From the NCBI GenBank assembly GCA_013403045.1, contig GCA_013403045.1_3037.1: 64,000 bases of DNA; one strand, 5' to 3'. The notes under the pieces are model-generated. The model saw only the letters and a list, made by a program, of their open reading frames with translations, was not told the DNA's origin and searched no databases. The translations under genes and the position numbers were made by a program. This DNA comes from Escherichia coli O157:H7. Its GTDB lineage: Bacteria > Pseudomonadota > Gammaproteobacteria > Enterobacterales > Enterobacteriaceae. Positions 39,332 through 51,554 of the stretch are shown here, piece by piece; the first letter of the stretch is position 1, and the number at the start of each line of letters is the position of its first letter.

Positions 39332-42300
39332 CTATTTTAACCTGTGTTGGATTTTCAGGGTCTCTTGGATTTCCTATATTATCTTTTAGACGTTTATTAA
39401 CTAAATCCCTAAATTGTGCAAATGTTGTTCCAGATGCATCAAATAGAGGACTCATTAATTTACGTCGTTCAGATGGCAATTGACCTTGAAATATTGAATT
39501 ATTATTTTCAGCATTATAGTCATCAGGAAGAGGATATTCTACACCAGCCATTGGGCCAGGTTCATAAATTGCTTCGCCTGTTACTGAATCATGCTCAATT
39601 TCACCGGTTGGAGTCAATTTGGCTACTCTATCAGCATATTCAGTAGGCAATCCAGAATCCCATTTATAGTTTTTGTATTTATTAATTATAGTCTCTGTAT
39701 GTTTAAGAGTTAAACCAACATTAATAAACATTGTTAAAAGGGTAATTGCTATAAATCCAAATCCTACTGGATGAACAAAACGAATAACGTCAGATTTCCA
39801 GCGGGAAGAAGGTAAATTGGATTTAATTTTCATTACATAATATGATCTACTTCTATTAATATAGTCTATATTATTTTGAAGCAAATCCTTTCCTTTAACC
39901 CCGCGAATAATTTCGCCTTCGAAACTAGGGAGTCTTTCTGCTTTAACTTCTTGACCGGCAATTAATCTTCCCAAAAGATTATGAATAGTTACGGTCCATT
40001 GCAATTTACCATTAGAATAGCTTCTTTCTATATAAGTAACATTACATCTTCCTGTAGCTGTATAAATCGTTTGTCCTACTAAGTCTTCGGTCAAAGAATC
40101 AGATTGAACGATTATATCATATTCAGTACCAGCCCCAGATTCAATTTCAATTTCAACTTCTTCATTATAAAGAACTTTAAAAAGAAATTTGTATGATGCT
40201 TCAATTCCTTTAGTAGAATAAAAATCATAGCTACGTGATTCAAAAAATCTTGCAACAGCATCACGTTTATCAGCATTTAAATAAATGTTTCTTTTATATA
40301 TCTCTGACCACAAATATTCCCACGCGTGCTCTTCTCGCGGATATTGGTTACGAATTAAATTTCGTAAATTATTATACTGAGTTCCATATCCATCGGAAAG
40401 ATACTGAATATATGCTTCGCAGAATGCCTCAAAATTAGAATCCTGTAGCAAATAAGAATCAGGCATCATTGTGCCAATCAATGGTCTTAAATCAGGATCA
40501 GCTAATCCATGCTCTTCTTCCGGGGACCAAGGAGTTTCACGCTCTTGGTTTTGTAAAAATGCTTTTAAAAATATTCCAGTTGGCTTCCAAATTATTTCAA
40601 CCGTGTCTCTCACTCGATAGTTAAAATCATAGTAAGAAATTATTTCACCAGAAGACTTATAAAAAAGCATTCCTGATGCGTATTTTTTAAATCCAGTGAA
40701 TTTGACATTTGGCATTACTATAGTGCAATCACCATCATCCCAGTATTCATGAACTAATCTATCTGGTGATGTTTCCGGAATATTTTCTATAACTTTGGTG
40801 TATTTTAAATCCGCATAAACTACTACAGCTCTGTCAGAGTTGTTTATCCAACAGCGTGTGTTAGATTTTTTAGACCAGTTAAAGAATGGTTCTGCATAGT
40901 ATTTCATCGGCTGAGGCGTAAAAGTTTCCCAATCAGATTTTTCATCCGCTATAAATGCCATCATATGATAATGCTTATCAGCTAACCATTCACGAGGAAA
41001 TTCATATTTAACAGCACCGATTAACTGATATTTCACCACAGTTTCAGGGTCATTAACAATGTTATCACTTAAAAATTTAAAATTACTCGAAGATAGAGAA
41101 ACTAATTTACCGTCAGTTGACATATTCGCATATCCGGGTTGAATACGTCTTCTTTCTTCTTCGGTATTACCGAAAACTCTTTTCCACGTTTTCGTATCAT
41201 GGTTTAAAACATATATTCCTTTATCAGCAGAATCAATTATTTTTGATGTTCTAGGATTGGCATTTAATGTTTCAACTTCACCAATAATAAGAGCAAAAAC
41301 TTTATCACCAACAGAATCCATTTTATAGCATACTGCTTTAGGATTTCCGGTTATAGTCATGGTATCAGGTTCAAAAAGTCTTTCCGAATATGTTGGAGAT
41401 AATGGATCAGAATCTATAGGTGCATTACTCGTTTTTATGTATCTAACTTTGTCTCTGGCGACAACGTAAATGTAATCATCGGTGCAAGTAATAGCTTCTG
41501 CAATGCGGTATACATTCGCTGGTAAAGTCGCATAAGTGGCAAAAATTTCTACATCAAATCCTAAATGTAATTGGTCGCCAAGTTTAGCGAATGTTATATC
41601 CTGTGAACTGAATCTGACATCATCAGCTGACCATCTAACATCAGTAGATTTGCGGCCATAGAAAATCTTGTCGTATCCTAGAACGTATGTAGTGTTCGCA
41701 GATTGGTAATATACTGTCTTAGATAAAGGATATCCTACACGGTCATTGAAGAGCTTTACAGCTTTCCAGGTTTGTCCTTTATCATTAGATACTTTAACCA
41801 CGGGTTGATAACGCTCAAAAAGATATAGAATCCCTTCTGATTCCATCAAATAAACTCGGTTAATATCCTTACATACTTGCTGAATGGAACCTTGTATTTC
41901 ATGATACTCATTTTCACCAATAATAAAATTACTGATTGATGAAACATCAACATATGATGGGCTGAATTGGAACGATTCATTCATCAATGCAGCCATTATA
42001 GTGTCATTATTAAAATTGACATAATTAGAATTGTTAAGAGTAAACTTTTCCTGAATGAATTTATTGGCTAATTGCATTTCAATCATGTTTTGAAATGTGT
42101 AAGCATTCGTAGCAAAAGTTTCAAACTCTTCCGTATAAACCCAATCAGATTGCTCAAAATCTTGTGCAGCTGTAGCTACTCTAATGATGTATGATGTTAG
42201 TGGATCAGCATCATCAAAAAAGAAACTATTGTTTGCTGTATATCCTAAATTAATCCAACGATATTGATCACTCGGGAGATTTTCCCCCGAGTCTGTTTTT

Positions 42301-42422
42301 GTCTCAGCGATTTCTACAAAATAGTAGAAATTAGCACCAACGTCATCCCAGCGTACTTGCACCTGATTTGCGGATAACTTGGAAATTCTGAGACTAGTGA
42401 CTGAAGGTGCTTTTACTGTCAT
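39324..42422 (-). CDS. 7: baseplate wedge initiator gp7
   Basis: 1032 aa; synteny. Confidence 0.9.
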   Translation of the reverse strand: MTVKAPSVTSLRISKLSANQVQVRWDDVGANFYYFVEIAETKTDSGENLPSDQYRWINLGYTANNSFFFDDADPLTSYIIRVATAAQDFEQSDWVYTEEFETFATNAYTFQNMIEMQLANKFIQEKFTLNNSNYVNFNNDTIMAALMNESFQFSPSYVDVSSISNFIIGENEYHEIQGSIQQVCKDINRVYLMESEGILYLFERYQPVVKVSNDKGQTWKAVKLFNDRVGYPLSKTVYYQSANTTYVLGYDKIFYGRKSTDVRWSADDVRFSSQDITFAKLGDQLHLGFDVEIFATYATLPANVYRIAEAITCTDDYIYVVARDKVRYIKTSNAPIDSDPLSPTYSERLFEPDTMTITGNPKAVCYKMDSVGDKVFALIIGEVETLNANPRTSKIIDSADKGIYVLNHDTKTWKRVFGNTEEERRRIQPGYANMSTDGKLVSLSSSNFKFLSDNIVNDPETVVKYQLIGAVKYEFPREWLADKHYHMMAFIADEKSDWETFTPQPMKYYAEPFFNWSKKSNTRCWINNSDRAVVVYADLKYTKVIENIPETSPDRLVHEYWDDGDCTIVMPNVKFTGFKKYASGMLFYKSSGEIISYYDFNYRVRDTVEIIWKPTGIFLKAFLQNQERETPWSPEEEHGLADPDLRPLIGTMMPDSYLLQDSNFEAFCEAYIQYLSDGYGTQYNNLRNLIRNQYPREEHAWEYLWSEIYKRNIYLNADKRDAVARFFESRSYDFYSTKGIEASYKFLFKVLYNEEVEIEIESGAGTEYDIIVQSDSLTEDLVGQTIYTATGRCNVTYIERSYSNGKLQWTVTIHNLLGRLIAGQEVKAERLPSFEGEIIRGVKGKDLLQNNIDYINRSRSYYVMKIKSNLPSSRWKSDVIRFVHPVGFGFIAITLLTMFINVGLTLKHTETIINKYKNYKWDSGLPTEYADRVAKLTPTGEIEHDSVTGEAIYEPGPMAGVEYPLPDDYNAENNNSIFQGQLPSERRKLMSPLFDASGTTFAQFRDLVNKRLKDNIGNPRDPENPTQVKIDE

Positions 42423-44401
42423 TGTGATATAGGCTCCAAATCGATAGTTAAGTATTGCGGACGTAAATCATTTTCAAATACAATCAGTGAACCATCGCGA
42501 GTAAAGATAACATCATCGGTTGGGTCAGAATATAATTCAATAGTCTGAACCTCAAATTTTTCAGATGTTAAATTAATTTTAGCGATATTCCAATAAATCA
42601 TGTCAGCCGGATAATTTATTTCACCGATAACATAATATTTGTCACGTCCATCAGAATTTGCTAATTTATTAAAATCATTGCCTGTATACGGCTGAATGTT
42701 TTCATTTTCTGTAACATCGCCAGAAGCAAATGGACCAATAATAACTTTACCAATTCCTTTAGAATCTCGGTCTGTTGATACTATACGAACGTCATATAAT
42801 ACATCTTCTTCTAAACCAGTATCAGGATTTACAACCTTTCGTCCAGAATTAAATGAAAACGTATTAGATTCCATAGAACGATCTTTTATTTGATTATTGT
42901 ATTTAATACCCGCTTCAGGCGTTTTATAGAAGTTTTGTACTTCACGAACCATTTGAATAGTCGCTGATGAACCAATGATAGAATGATCTGCATCATCTAC
43001 ATAAGTTAACATCTTAGACTTAGCGAAAGATGAGTTAAAAATTTCTACATCTTCGGTATAATAGCGATCAATTTTATCAATTATTTGACCTTCAAGCCAC
43101 TGCTCGGATTCTTGCAGTTTATTTAAAGCATATGTGACTTTTAAATTAGTCTTAATAAAAAGATAATTAGGAGAAATAATTGATGGCGTAATAGGAGCTA
43201 AATTATAGTCTTTGAGATAATTTTTAATATCTTCACGTTGTACAGTAGTTAAATACAGACCTGATTTAGGTTTAGCAGCAATAAATGCATACCCAGGTTT
43301 AGTAGAATCAGTGAAAGTTTGAACAGCTTGAATAATAGAACCGAATCTCTCTGAAACGAATGTATCGTAGTCAGTCGCAGTTACGCATCGTTGCTGAGTT
43401 TCGCGTTTAATAGTACCCAATTCGCGAATACGCTCAATATCTTCTGGATCACCGCCGCCATCTGCCCCAACAAAATCTGGGTCATCGTTTGGATTTTCAT
43501 TAATATTGATGACAGTTATATTTGTTAATGTATCTGCGTATGAAAATCCGACTGCTCCGTTCGCGTCAGCACCATTAGTACTGATGTACTCAATAACAAT
43601 CGTAGAGTTCTGAGTAGGTTTAAGACCTCCGATATAATTAGCGGTCAAAGCTCCTTCAGAAGCATTAACAGAAATTTCACCTTCGCCAAAATAAAATTCA
43701 GTGTTTCCATCAATAGTTTCACGCATATAGTAAATCGTTGATGTTGAACCAGCATGAACCATTGACTTTCTCGTCCAGTTAATCCATTCCGCTCCATCAA
43801 CATATAATTTAACCTGGTTTCTATCAATATTTTTATCATAAATGATAATAGGTGTTAATTTATCATAAATGATTTCAGTTCTTACTATACGCCCCTGGGC
43901 CAATTTTAAACGCGGAAAATACTGGTTATTTTTATCACGAATAGCAATAACGTCTTCGGTAGAAACGAAGTTATATGGATTAACAGAAGTATCTTTTGCA
44001 TATGCTAAAAAGCGAGTTCCGCGAGGAATTGTAATGTAATTCCTATTCAATGCGTCGGTGCATGTTAACATAATTTCGGTCTGCGCAGCGGATTTTGAAG
44101 TAGGTAAATATCCGTTATCTTGCGCAGCTTGAACAACTGAACTTCGTAAGTTAGCAGTACGCATAAAGCTTTCATACACAGCAGCATTACCAAACTGTTG
44201 AATGTACAGCGTATTATAAGCCAAAAGGTCACACAGAACGTTTAATCTTGAGCCTTCAAAATCATAATCCAAAAATTCATTTTGGCCATTAAGCCATTCA
44301 ATGAGGTTTTGTTTTATTTCAGCAAACGTACCCCCGACGAATATCTCGGGAATAGCATTTGCTGTTCTTGTTAATTGATAATTTACAGGGGTATTTGCCA
44401 T
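42419..44401 (-). CDS. 6: baseplate wedge protein gp6
   Basis: 660 aa; synteny. Confidence 0.9.
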   Translation of the reverse strand: MANTPVNYQLTRTANAIPEIFVGGTFAEIKQNLIEWLNGQNEFLDYDFEGSRLNVLCDLLAYNTLYIQQFGNAAVYESFMRTANLRSSVVQAAQDNGYLPTSKSAAQTEIMLTCTDALNRNYITIPRGTRFLAYAKDTSVNPYNFVSTEDVIAIRDKNNQYFPRLKLAQGRIVRTEIIYDKLTPIIIYDKNIDRNQVKLYVDGAEWINWTRKSMVHAGSTSTIYYMRETIDGNTEFYFGEGEISVNASEGALTANYIGGLKPTQNSTIVIEYISTNGADANGAVGFSYADTLTNITVININENPNDDPDFVGADGGGDPEDIERIRELGTIKRETQQRCVTATDYDTFVSERFGSIIQAVQTFTDSTKPGYAFIAAKPKSGLYLTTVQREDIKNYLKDYNLAPITPSIISPNYLFIKTNLKVTYALNKLQESEQWLEGQIIDKIDRYYTEDVEIFNSSFAKSKMLTYVDDADHSIIGSSATIQMVREVQNFYKTPEAGIKYNNQIKDRSMESNTFSFNSGRKVVNPDTGLEEDVLYDVRIVSTDRDSKGIGKVIIGPFASGDVTENENIQPYTGNDFNKLANSDGRDKYYVIGEINYPADMIYWNIAKINLTSEKFEVQTIELYSDPTDDVIFTRDGSLIVFENDLRPQYLTIDLEPISQ

Positions 44402-44409
44402 TTTAAATC

Positions 44410-44703
44410 CTATTTAATGAATACTTTAGATGATGCCTGAGCCACAGTATCACCGCATGATATTGGATCAGCCATTTGAACAGCTTTCTTTCCAGTGACA
44501 TATACCTTAGAAGTTCTAGGTTGTGTCACTCCGCCATGTGTTTCATACGGCTTTTTAATTTCTGTATGTTCTGTAATTGGATCGCCTGCTACGAGAACAG
44601 CAATTCCTCCAGTGAATACTTTACTTTGTGTAGCATTCACAACTGTTGGAGGCCACGCTTCATGGCCAGCAGTAACACACTTATCATAACTTAATCCTGA
44701 CAT
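44410..44703 (-). CDS. 5.4: PAAR-repeat spike tip protein gp5.4
   Basis: 97 aa, small Gly/Val-rich protein between genes 5 and 6. Confidence 0.8.
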
Positions 44704-45261
44704 TTATGGCCTCTCATATACATAGCTTCTCAATTTATTAGCCCAACGACTCCAATTTCCAACTATAGTTTTAGTATAATTTTTAACGAGAGTTTTTCTT
44801 ACTGGAGCAGGAGGATCCGTCGGTTCAGTAGTATCAGAAGATGACCTAGAATTACTGCCAGAACCTCCAGATTCGCTTTGTTCTTGGTAGTCATATATTA
44901 ATGTTACTTCGTAAGTGAATGTCTTCTGGAGATTTTGAGGAGCTTTCCACAAATACAACTGAGTATTAGAATCAGTAGGAAGTTCTTCCCATGAAGCAGC
45001 AGTTTTAAATTCATCGCCTAAACGATATTTCAACGCGTCATCTCCAAATCCAAACACAGATTCATATGTTCCATATAAGCGATTTTCTTCTACTAAAACC
45101 CCAGGAGTTTCTTCGTAACTAGTTATATTTATAGATACTAACGTTTCACCTGTTTCTAATTGAGCGGTAAAGGTGACGTCGATAGAAGAACCTTCCATGG
45201 ATTCTCCTAAATCAGCGCTCATTGGAAGTATATTAGCCAATGTCAATCCTCGATCCATCAA
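44704..45261 (-). CDS. gp5.1-like hypothetical protein
   Basis: 185-aa ORF directly downstream of gene 5. Confidence 0.65.
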
Positions 45262-46960
45262 TTGTGTATTGACCAGATGAAATAGAACTCATAGATGCCA
45301 TTTTTTCTGTCCAATCACCACCAACGTCCCAATCAACTGTCCCAGCAACTTTCCAAGAAAGATTTCCATTTACTGTATTAGTTTGATTTCCTTCAACTAA
45401 AGTGGTAGCATCTCCTTTAACTGTAATGTCAGCATTACCTTCAACTACAATAGTAACATTACCTTTAACTAGGATAGTTCCATTACCTTCAACCGTCTTA
45501 GTTTCATCGCCGCGCACAAATATTGTATTGCTTCCATCTATCTGGTGAAGACGATTATCCATGTTGTAATAAATTTCTGAACCACCGACGTTAGTCTTTT
45601 TATCACCGGCTACCAAAAAATTACCATCAGCATTTGTTATATCATACAAATTATCGACAGTTTTTCTTGTTCTTCTTCCTGACGGTGATACTTCTTCATA
45701 AGTTCCAGTTGGATGAACTAATCTGTATCGTTCTTGCCCAGGGGTATCATCAAATTCCTGAATATGTCCGCTTTCAGTTTCCATTGTATGTACATAAGGA
45801 TATTCACCTTTATATGAAGAAACTGGTTCTTTGAATAAAATTCTCGAGTCATTTGGAATAGGAGGGTCAGCAGGGTCAGAAGATTTAGCTACAGTAGCAG
45901 CCATTGCTGATAGAGACCTAGCTGGGGTTTTCACTTCAACACCGTATGATTCCAAATTCCCCGTAAGAATAATCATGGTAACACGGGATGCACGGCCTTT
46001 TGTTTGTTGATACCACAATGAATCACGACCGGCTTTATATGCTTTTTCCCAATCTCCGGCTAACATAGCAGTTAACATTGTGTTAAATTTAGCTACACCA
46101 CCAACACCCATTTGAAATGCCATATTTTCTAACGCCATTTGACGAGAACGGTTGACAGCTTGCCAGACTGGTCCTACTTTAGAATGTGATTTAATGTCCC
46201 GTTGCATATCAGCCAAATCACGCTCAAATAAAGTCGTCGCCTCTTCCATTGTAATAGAACCTGGGTTTCCAGTAATTTCACGACCAACTTGTTTTGATAA
46301 AACTTTATTAATTTGAGCCATATCACGAACTGGCTGTTTCATGATAAGATGACCAATACCAATTGTCGGATATCCTTCGGTATCCCAATAAACTTTTAGT
46401 CTTAATCCTTCATCACGGCGAAGCATTTCAGCCATTGACATATTTGGATTATCATCGGTTGGAATCTCTGATAGTGGTCTATCATCGGGATTTATTGCAG
46501 TGTCTAAGTTACTATCTTGAATAACGTTAGAAGAGGAATCATATCCTACTTCTCCGCCTTGGTTTAATACGTTAGTATCATTTCCTAAACGTCTAGGATA
46601 TTGCCCAGTTGGGTCAGAAAATCCTTCAAGTCTATTAGGTTTTTCGCGAACTATTCCACCATACGTGCCAAGGACAATTCCGTTAGTTTTCCATTTGTCT
46701 AAAAAATGACCATAAACTCTAGTTCCTTCTACTGGCCCTGTAACAGAACCTCCAATTCCTGACATTGCTGCAGAAGTTATAGGTTGAATAACTGACATCC
46801 ATGGTAATTTTTCAGTTGGAATACCCATTACATCACCTTGTGCTCTTTGTGGTGGATGCAGACCAACCACACGAACGCGAACACGACCTAATTTTAATGG
46901 GTCCATTCTATCTTCAACAACACCAACAAACCAATTAAGGTTATTACTTATCATTTCCAT
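45233..46960 (-). CDS. 5: baseplate hub and tail lysozyme gp5
   Basis: 575 aa; internal lysozyme domain (EGLRLKVYWDTEGYPTIGIGH) and C-terminal VxGxxxV beta-helix repeats. Confidence 0.95.
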   Translation of the reverse strand: MEMISNNLNWFVGVVEDRMDPLKLGRVRVRVVGLHPPQRAQGDVMGIPTEKLPWMSVIQPITSAAMSGIGGSVTGPVEGTRVYGHFLDKWKTNGIVLGTYGGIVREKPNRLEGFSDPTGQYPRRLGNDTNVLNQGGEVGYDSSSNVIQDSNLDTAINPDDRPLSEIPTDDNPNMSMAEMLRRDEGLRLKVYWDTEGYPTIGIGHLIMKQPVRDMAQINKVLSKQVGREITGNPGSITMEEATTLFERDLADMQRDIKSHSKVGPVWQAVNRSRQMALENMAFQMGVGGVAKFNTMLTAMLAGDWEKAYKAGRDSLWYQQTKGRASRVTMIILTGNLESYGVEVKTPARSLSAMAATVAKSSDPADPPIPNDSRILFKEPVSSYKGEYPYVHTMETESGHIQEFDDTPGQERYRLVHPTGTYEEVSPSGRRTRKTVDNLYDITNADGNFLVAGDKKTNVGGSEIYYNMDNRLHQIDGSNTIFVRGDETKTVEGNGTILVKGNVTIVVEGNADITVKGDATTLVEGNQTNTVNGNLSWKVAGTVDWDVGGDWTEKMASMSSISSGQYTIDGSRIDIG

Positions 46961-47534
46961 AAGATTTCTCCATTATACGTATAAGGTCGTTCATAAATGA
47001 ATTGATGTCTGATTTTGCTATTATTTTTATTTGACGAAGTTTTTCATTTTCAAGAACAGCCGCTTCATACGTATCGACCGCAGCAAGTGCTCCTTCATAT
47101 TGAGGATATTTTCTAGCTTTATCGCCTTTATCATACCAAACATATGGATTATCATCGTATGATATTAAATTATAAAATTTTTCACCGTTCTCATTCACAT
47201 GATATACTATTTGGTCTCCACCCACATTTTTGTATTTTTGTATAGATGCTTGATAAGCAGCTTCTTGTGAAGTAATCCATCCATAATATGGATCATAATT
47301 ATCATTACACATCAATAAAACCCAATACAGCTGTGGATTTCCATATATAGTATTTGCTAATTCTTCCGGACGTGGTGAACCTTTGATATAATAAGTACGT
47401 AAGCGGTATCCCGCAAGAGCGCGTTTAAAATAGTCTTTATAGTTTCTAAAAATATCTGTCATAGGAATAGTCGGCGCGTTTTTATTCACCGTTTTGGCCG
47501 CATATTCAATCGGATCAAAAAATGTAAAGAGCAT
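46944..47534 (-). CDS. 53: baseplate wedge protein gp53
   Basis: 196 aa; synteny. Confidence 0.85.
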   Translation of the reverse strand: MLFTFFDPIEYAAKTVNKNAPTIPMTDIFRNYKDYFKRALAGYRLRTYYIKGSPRPEELANTIYGNPQLYWVLLMCNDNYDPYYGWITSQEAAYQASIQKYKNVGGDQIVYHVNENGEKFYNLISYDDNPYVWYDKGDKARKYPQYEGALAAVDTYEAAVLENEKLRQIKIIAKSDINSFMNDLIRIMEKSYGNDK

Positions 47535-47547
47535 GGGCCCTCCTGTT

Positions 47548-47570
47548 TATAAATATATTATCTATTTATA
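47548..47570. promoter_or_regulatory. divergent late promoters for gene 4 (plus) and gene 53 (minus)
   Basis: Plus-strand TATAAATA at about 47548-47555 and minus-strand TATAAATA (TATTTATA on plus) at about 47563-47570 in the 47-nt intergenic region. Confidence 0.6.
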
Positions 47571-47581
47571 AGGAGAATCCA

Positions 47582-48034
47582 ATGGCATATTCTGGAAAAT
47601 GGGTTCCTAAAAATATATCAAAGTATAGAGGTGACCCTAAAAAAATTACGTATAGATCAAATTGGGAAAAATTCTTTTTTGAATGGTTAGATAAAAATCC
47701 AGAAATTATTGCATGGGGTAGTGAAACAGCAGTAATTCCTTATTTTTGTAATGCCGAAGGGAAAAAACGTAGATACTTCATGGATATTTGGATGAAAGAT
47801 TCTTCTGGACAAGAATTTTTTATTGAAATAAAACCTAAAAAAGAAACACAACCACCAGTTAAACCAGCACATCTAACAACCGCAGCGAAGAAAAGATTTA
47901 TGAATGAAATTTATACATATTCTGTTAATACCGACAAATGGAAAGCAGCGCAAGCTTTAGCTGAAAAGCGTGGAATAAAATTTAGAATTCTAACAGAAGA
48001 TGGATTACGAGCTCTTGGCTTTAAGGGGGCATAA
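47582..48034 (+). CDS. 4: head completion protein gp4
   Basis: 150 aa; divergent from gene 53; late promoter upstream. Confidence 0.85.
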
Positions 48035-48858
48035 TGGCTATTTTTCAAATAATTAATGAAAGCACTCCCCAAGTTCCAAAGGTTAAGCAATCATTAAACG
48101 AAAAGAAATGGATTCAAATAGGTCTTGAATATAAAAAGGCCAAAGCAAAAGGAATGACAGGAAAGCAATTTGCTGAAGAAAGAGGAATCAAATACTCTAC
48201 GTTTACTTCAGCAATGTCAAAATATGCTTCAGGAATTAAAACGGCTGAAAAGATTCAAAAGCTTGAATCAAAACCAATGAATAAACTCAATAAGCAAGAA
48301 AGACAACTGCTTATGATAAATTCATTCAGACAAACATTGCGTGATAAAATTCGTAATGAAGGTGCAGCAATTAATAATAAAACCAGAAAGTGGTTTGCTG
48401 AAACTATTAAGCAAGTAAAAGGACATAAAGTTGTTCGCCCGCAGCCGGGACGAATATATGCTTTTGCTTATGATGCTAAACACAAGGAAACTCTTCCTTA
48501 CTGGGATAAATTTCCTTTAATAATTTACCTTGGTTTAGGTAAGCATAATTTAATGTATGGATTAAACTTGCACTATATTCCACCTAAAGCTCGTCAACAG
48601 TTTCTAGAAGAGCTTTTAAAGCAATATGCAAATACACCTACTATTACTAATAAAACGAAATTAAAAATTGATTGGAGTCAAGTGAAAGGATTTAGGGGTG
48701 CAGACCAAATGATTAAGGCATATATACCTGGTAATATTATGGGTAGCCTTGTTGAAATCGCCCCGAAAGACTGGGCGAACGTTGTGTTGATGCCACTTCA
48801 GCAGTTCGTTTCAAAAGGAAAACGTTTCTCTGCAAACAAAGTCTGGTCAAATATCTAA
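48034..48858 (+). CDS. 2: DNA end protector protein gp2
   Basis: 274 aa; synteny. Confidence 0.85.
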
Positions 48859-48964
48859 TTCTATTATCTTCCATTCTTTTCTGTTGTTTGTTCTAAATGG
48901 AATTGAATGGAAGGGACTTAGACCCATTATACCACCAACAGTTATAAAGCATTATGAGGAATAT

Positions 48965-49495
48965 ATGTCGCAAGCTCTGCAACAAATTTTTAACCAAGCA
49001 AATACAACTAACTTTGTAGTATCAATACCGCACAGTAATACTACATCTGCTTTTACTTTAAATGCTCAGTCAGTTCCTATTCCAGGAATTAGAATACCTG
49101 TTACTGATACCGTGACTGGGCCGTTTGGACTGGGCCGAGCACAACGTCCAGGTGTTACATTTGAGTATGATCCACTCATTGTGAGATTTATAGTTGATGA
49201 AGAACTTAAGTCGTGGATAGGAATGTATGAATGGATGCTAGGAACTAGCAACTATCTTACAGGTGAAAATACTGCCCAAAAAACAGGTCCTGAGTACATT
49301 ACGCTTTACATCTTAGATAATAGCAAAACTGAAATAGTGATGTCAATAAATTTTTATAAGCCTTGGGTTTCTGACCTATCTGAAGTAGAATTTAGCTACA
49401 CAGAAGATTCAGACCCGGCTTTAGTATGTACTGCAACGATTCCTTACACCTATTTTCAAGTAGAAAAAGATGGTAAAATTATAGCAGAAGTTTAA
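48965..49495 (+). CDS. 3: tail completion and sheath stabilizer protein gp3
   Basis: ORF track starts at 48884; the ATG at 48965 with a GAGGAA ribosome-binding site gives 176 aa starting MSQ, matching T4 gp3 length. Confidence 0.8.
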   Translation: MSQALQQIFNQANTTNFVVSIPHSNTTSAFTLNAQSVPIPGIRIPVTDTVTGPFGLGRAQRPGVTFEYDPLIVRFIVDEELKSWIGMYEWMLGTSNYLTGENTAQKTGPEYITLYILDNSKTEIVMSINFYKPWVSDLSEVEFSYTEDSDPALVCTATIPYTYFQVEKDGKIIAEV

Positions 49496-49519
49496 TGCTT
49501 CAGTTTTGTGTGTTATAAT
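49494..49519 (+). promoter_or_regulatory. middle promoter (MotA box aaTGCTTCA plus extended -10 TGnTATAAT) upstream of gene 1
   Basis: Read directly from sequence, about 25 nt upstream of the gene 1 ATG. Confidence 0.55.
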
Positions 49520-49544
49520 CTTAATTAAATTTGAGGAGAGACAC

Positions 49545-50269
49545 ATGAAACTAATCTTTTTAAGCGGTGTAAAGCGTAGTGGAAAAGATACTACTGCTGA
49601 TTTTATCATGAGCAATTATTCTGCAGTTAAATACCAACTTGCTGGTCCTATTAAGGATGCATTGGCTTATGCATGGGCAGTATTTGCAGCAAACACTGAC
49701 TATCCTTGCTTAACTCGTAAAGAGTTTGAAGGAATTGACTATGATCGTGAGACTAATTTAAATCTGACTAAATTAGAAGTAATCACGATTATGGAACAAG
49801 CATTTTGCTATCTTAATGGTAAAAGCCCAATTAAAGGTGTGTTTGTTTTTGATGACGAAGGAAAAGAATCAGTTAATTCCGTAGCATTTAACAAGATTAT
49901 TGACGTTATAAATAATATTGAAGATCAATGGTCAGTCCGTCGTCTGATGCAAGCCCTAGGTACGGATTTGATTGTTAATAACTTCGACCGCATGTACTGG
50001 GTAAAATTATTTGCTTTAGATTATCTTGATAAATTTAACTCAGGTTATGATTATTATATCGTTCCTGATACTCGTCAAGATCATGAAATGGATGCGGCTA
50101 GGGCGATGGGTGCTACAGTAATTCATGTAGTTCGTCCTGGTCAAAAATCCAATGATACACATATTACAGAAGCTGGATTGCCAATTCGTGATGGTGATTT
50201 AGTAATTACAAACGATGGTTCTCTTGAAGAACTTTTTTCTAAAATTAAAAATACACTAAAGGTACTATA

Positions 50270-50270
<1 letters not shown>
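49545..50270 (+). CDS. 1: dNMP kinase gp1
   Basis: Start at MKLIFLSGVKRSGKDT (P-loop), 241 aa, with GAGGAG ribosome-binding site; the track ORF includes 13 extra upstream codons. Confidence 0.9.
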
Positions 50271-50967
<697 letters not shown>

Positions 50968-50979
50968 TTTCACAAAGTT

Positions 50980-51009
50980 GTTTACACACTGATGAGGTAG
51001 TGATACTAT
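50980..51009 (+). promoter_or_regulatory. early promoter (GTTTACA, 17-nt spacer, TACTAT) upstream of IPI-like gene
   Basis: Motif read from sequence; part of a repeated promoter cassette. Confidence 0.6.
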
Positions 51010-51039
51010 TATCTCATCAAAATTAATTAGGAAAATAAA

Positions 51040-51297
51040 ATGAAAACTTTCAAAGAGTTTGCTACAAAAACTACTATCACTGAATCTTCTCATGGTATGG
51101 AAGTAAAGCTTGGAATGGCTTTAGCTGAAGCTGAGCGTCTTTTCTCTCGTATTAAAGAACTTGCTGCTGCAGTCGATCCTTCGTCTTTTAAAGGAGACCA
51201 AACTAAAGTTAAAGCACTTTTAGCATTATGCTCTGACGCAGGAGAAATCGCTAAAAATGGTTCTAAGATGAAGAAACGATTAGAAGATTTAAAATAA
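51040..51297 (+). CDS. internal protein (IPI-like), capsid-targeted
   Basis: N-terminus MKTFKEFATKTTITE resembles the T4 capsid-targeting sequence with an I-x-E gp21 site; early promoter upstream; located next to 57B where ipI lies in T4. Confidence 0.6.
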   Translation: MKTFKEFATKTTITESSHGMEVKLGMALAEAERLFSRIKELAAAVDPSSFKGDQTKVKALLALCSDAGEIAKNGSKMKKRLEDLK

Positions 51298-51309
51298 TTT
51301 CACAAAGTT

Positions 51310-51339
51310 GTTTACACGGGGTTTTAGTAGTGATACTAT
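51310..51339 (+). promoter_or_regulatory. early promoter (GTTTACA, 17-nt spacer, TACTAT), second copy of the repeated cassette
   Basis: -35 and -10 regions identical to the copy at 50980-51009. Confidence 0.6.
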
Positions 51340-51367
51340 TACCCTATCAACTACTGAGGAGAATAAA

Positions 51368-51553
51368 ATGAAACGCTGTGAATTAATTCGAAATGTTGCT
51401 ATTGCAATTTCTGCTTCCGCTTTTAGTTTTTCAATGTTTGTTGGATTTATATGCGGATTATTAACTACAGCAGAAAATGTATTTTCACTTGTAGTAGCAT
51501 TTTTAATTGGTTTAATTGCTATCGTTATGGATAAAATTTCTAAAGGTGAGTAA
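51368..51553 (+). CDS. small hydrophobic membrane protein (61 aa)
   Basis: GAGGAG ribosome-binding site then ATG; two hydrophobic stretches. Confidence 0.5.
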   Translation: MKRCELIRNVAIAISASAFSFSMFVGFICGLLTTAENVFSLVVAFLIGLIAIVMDKISKGE

Positions 51554-51554
51554 A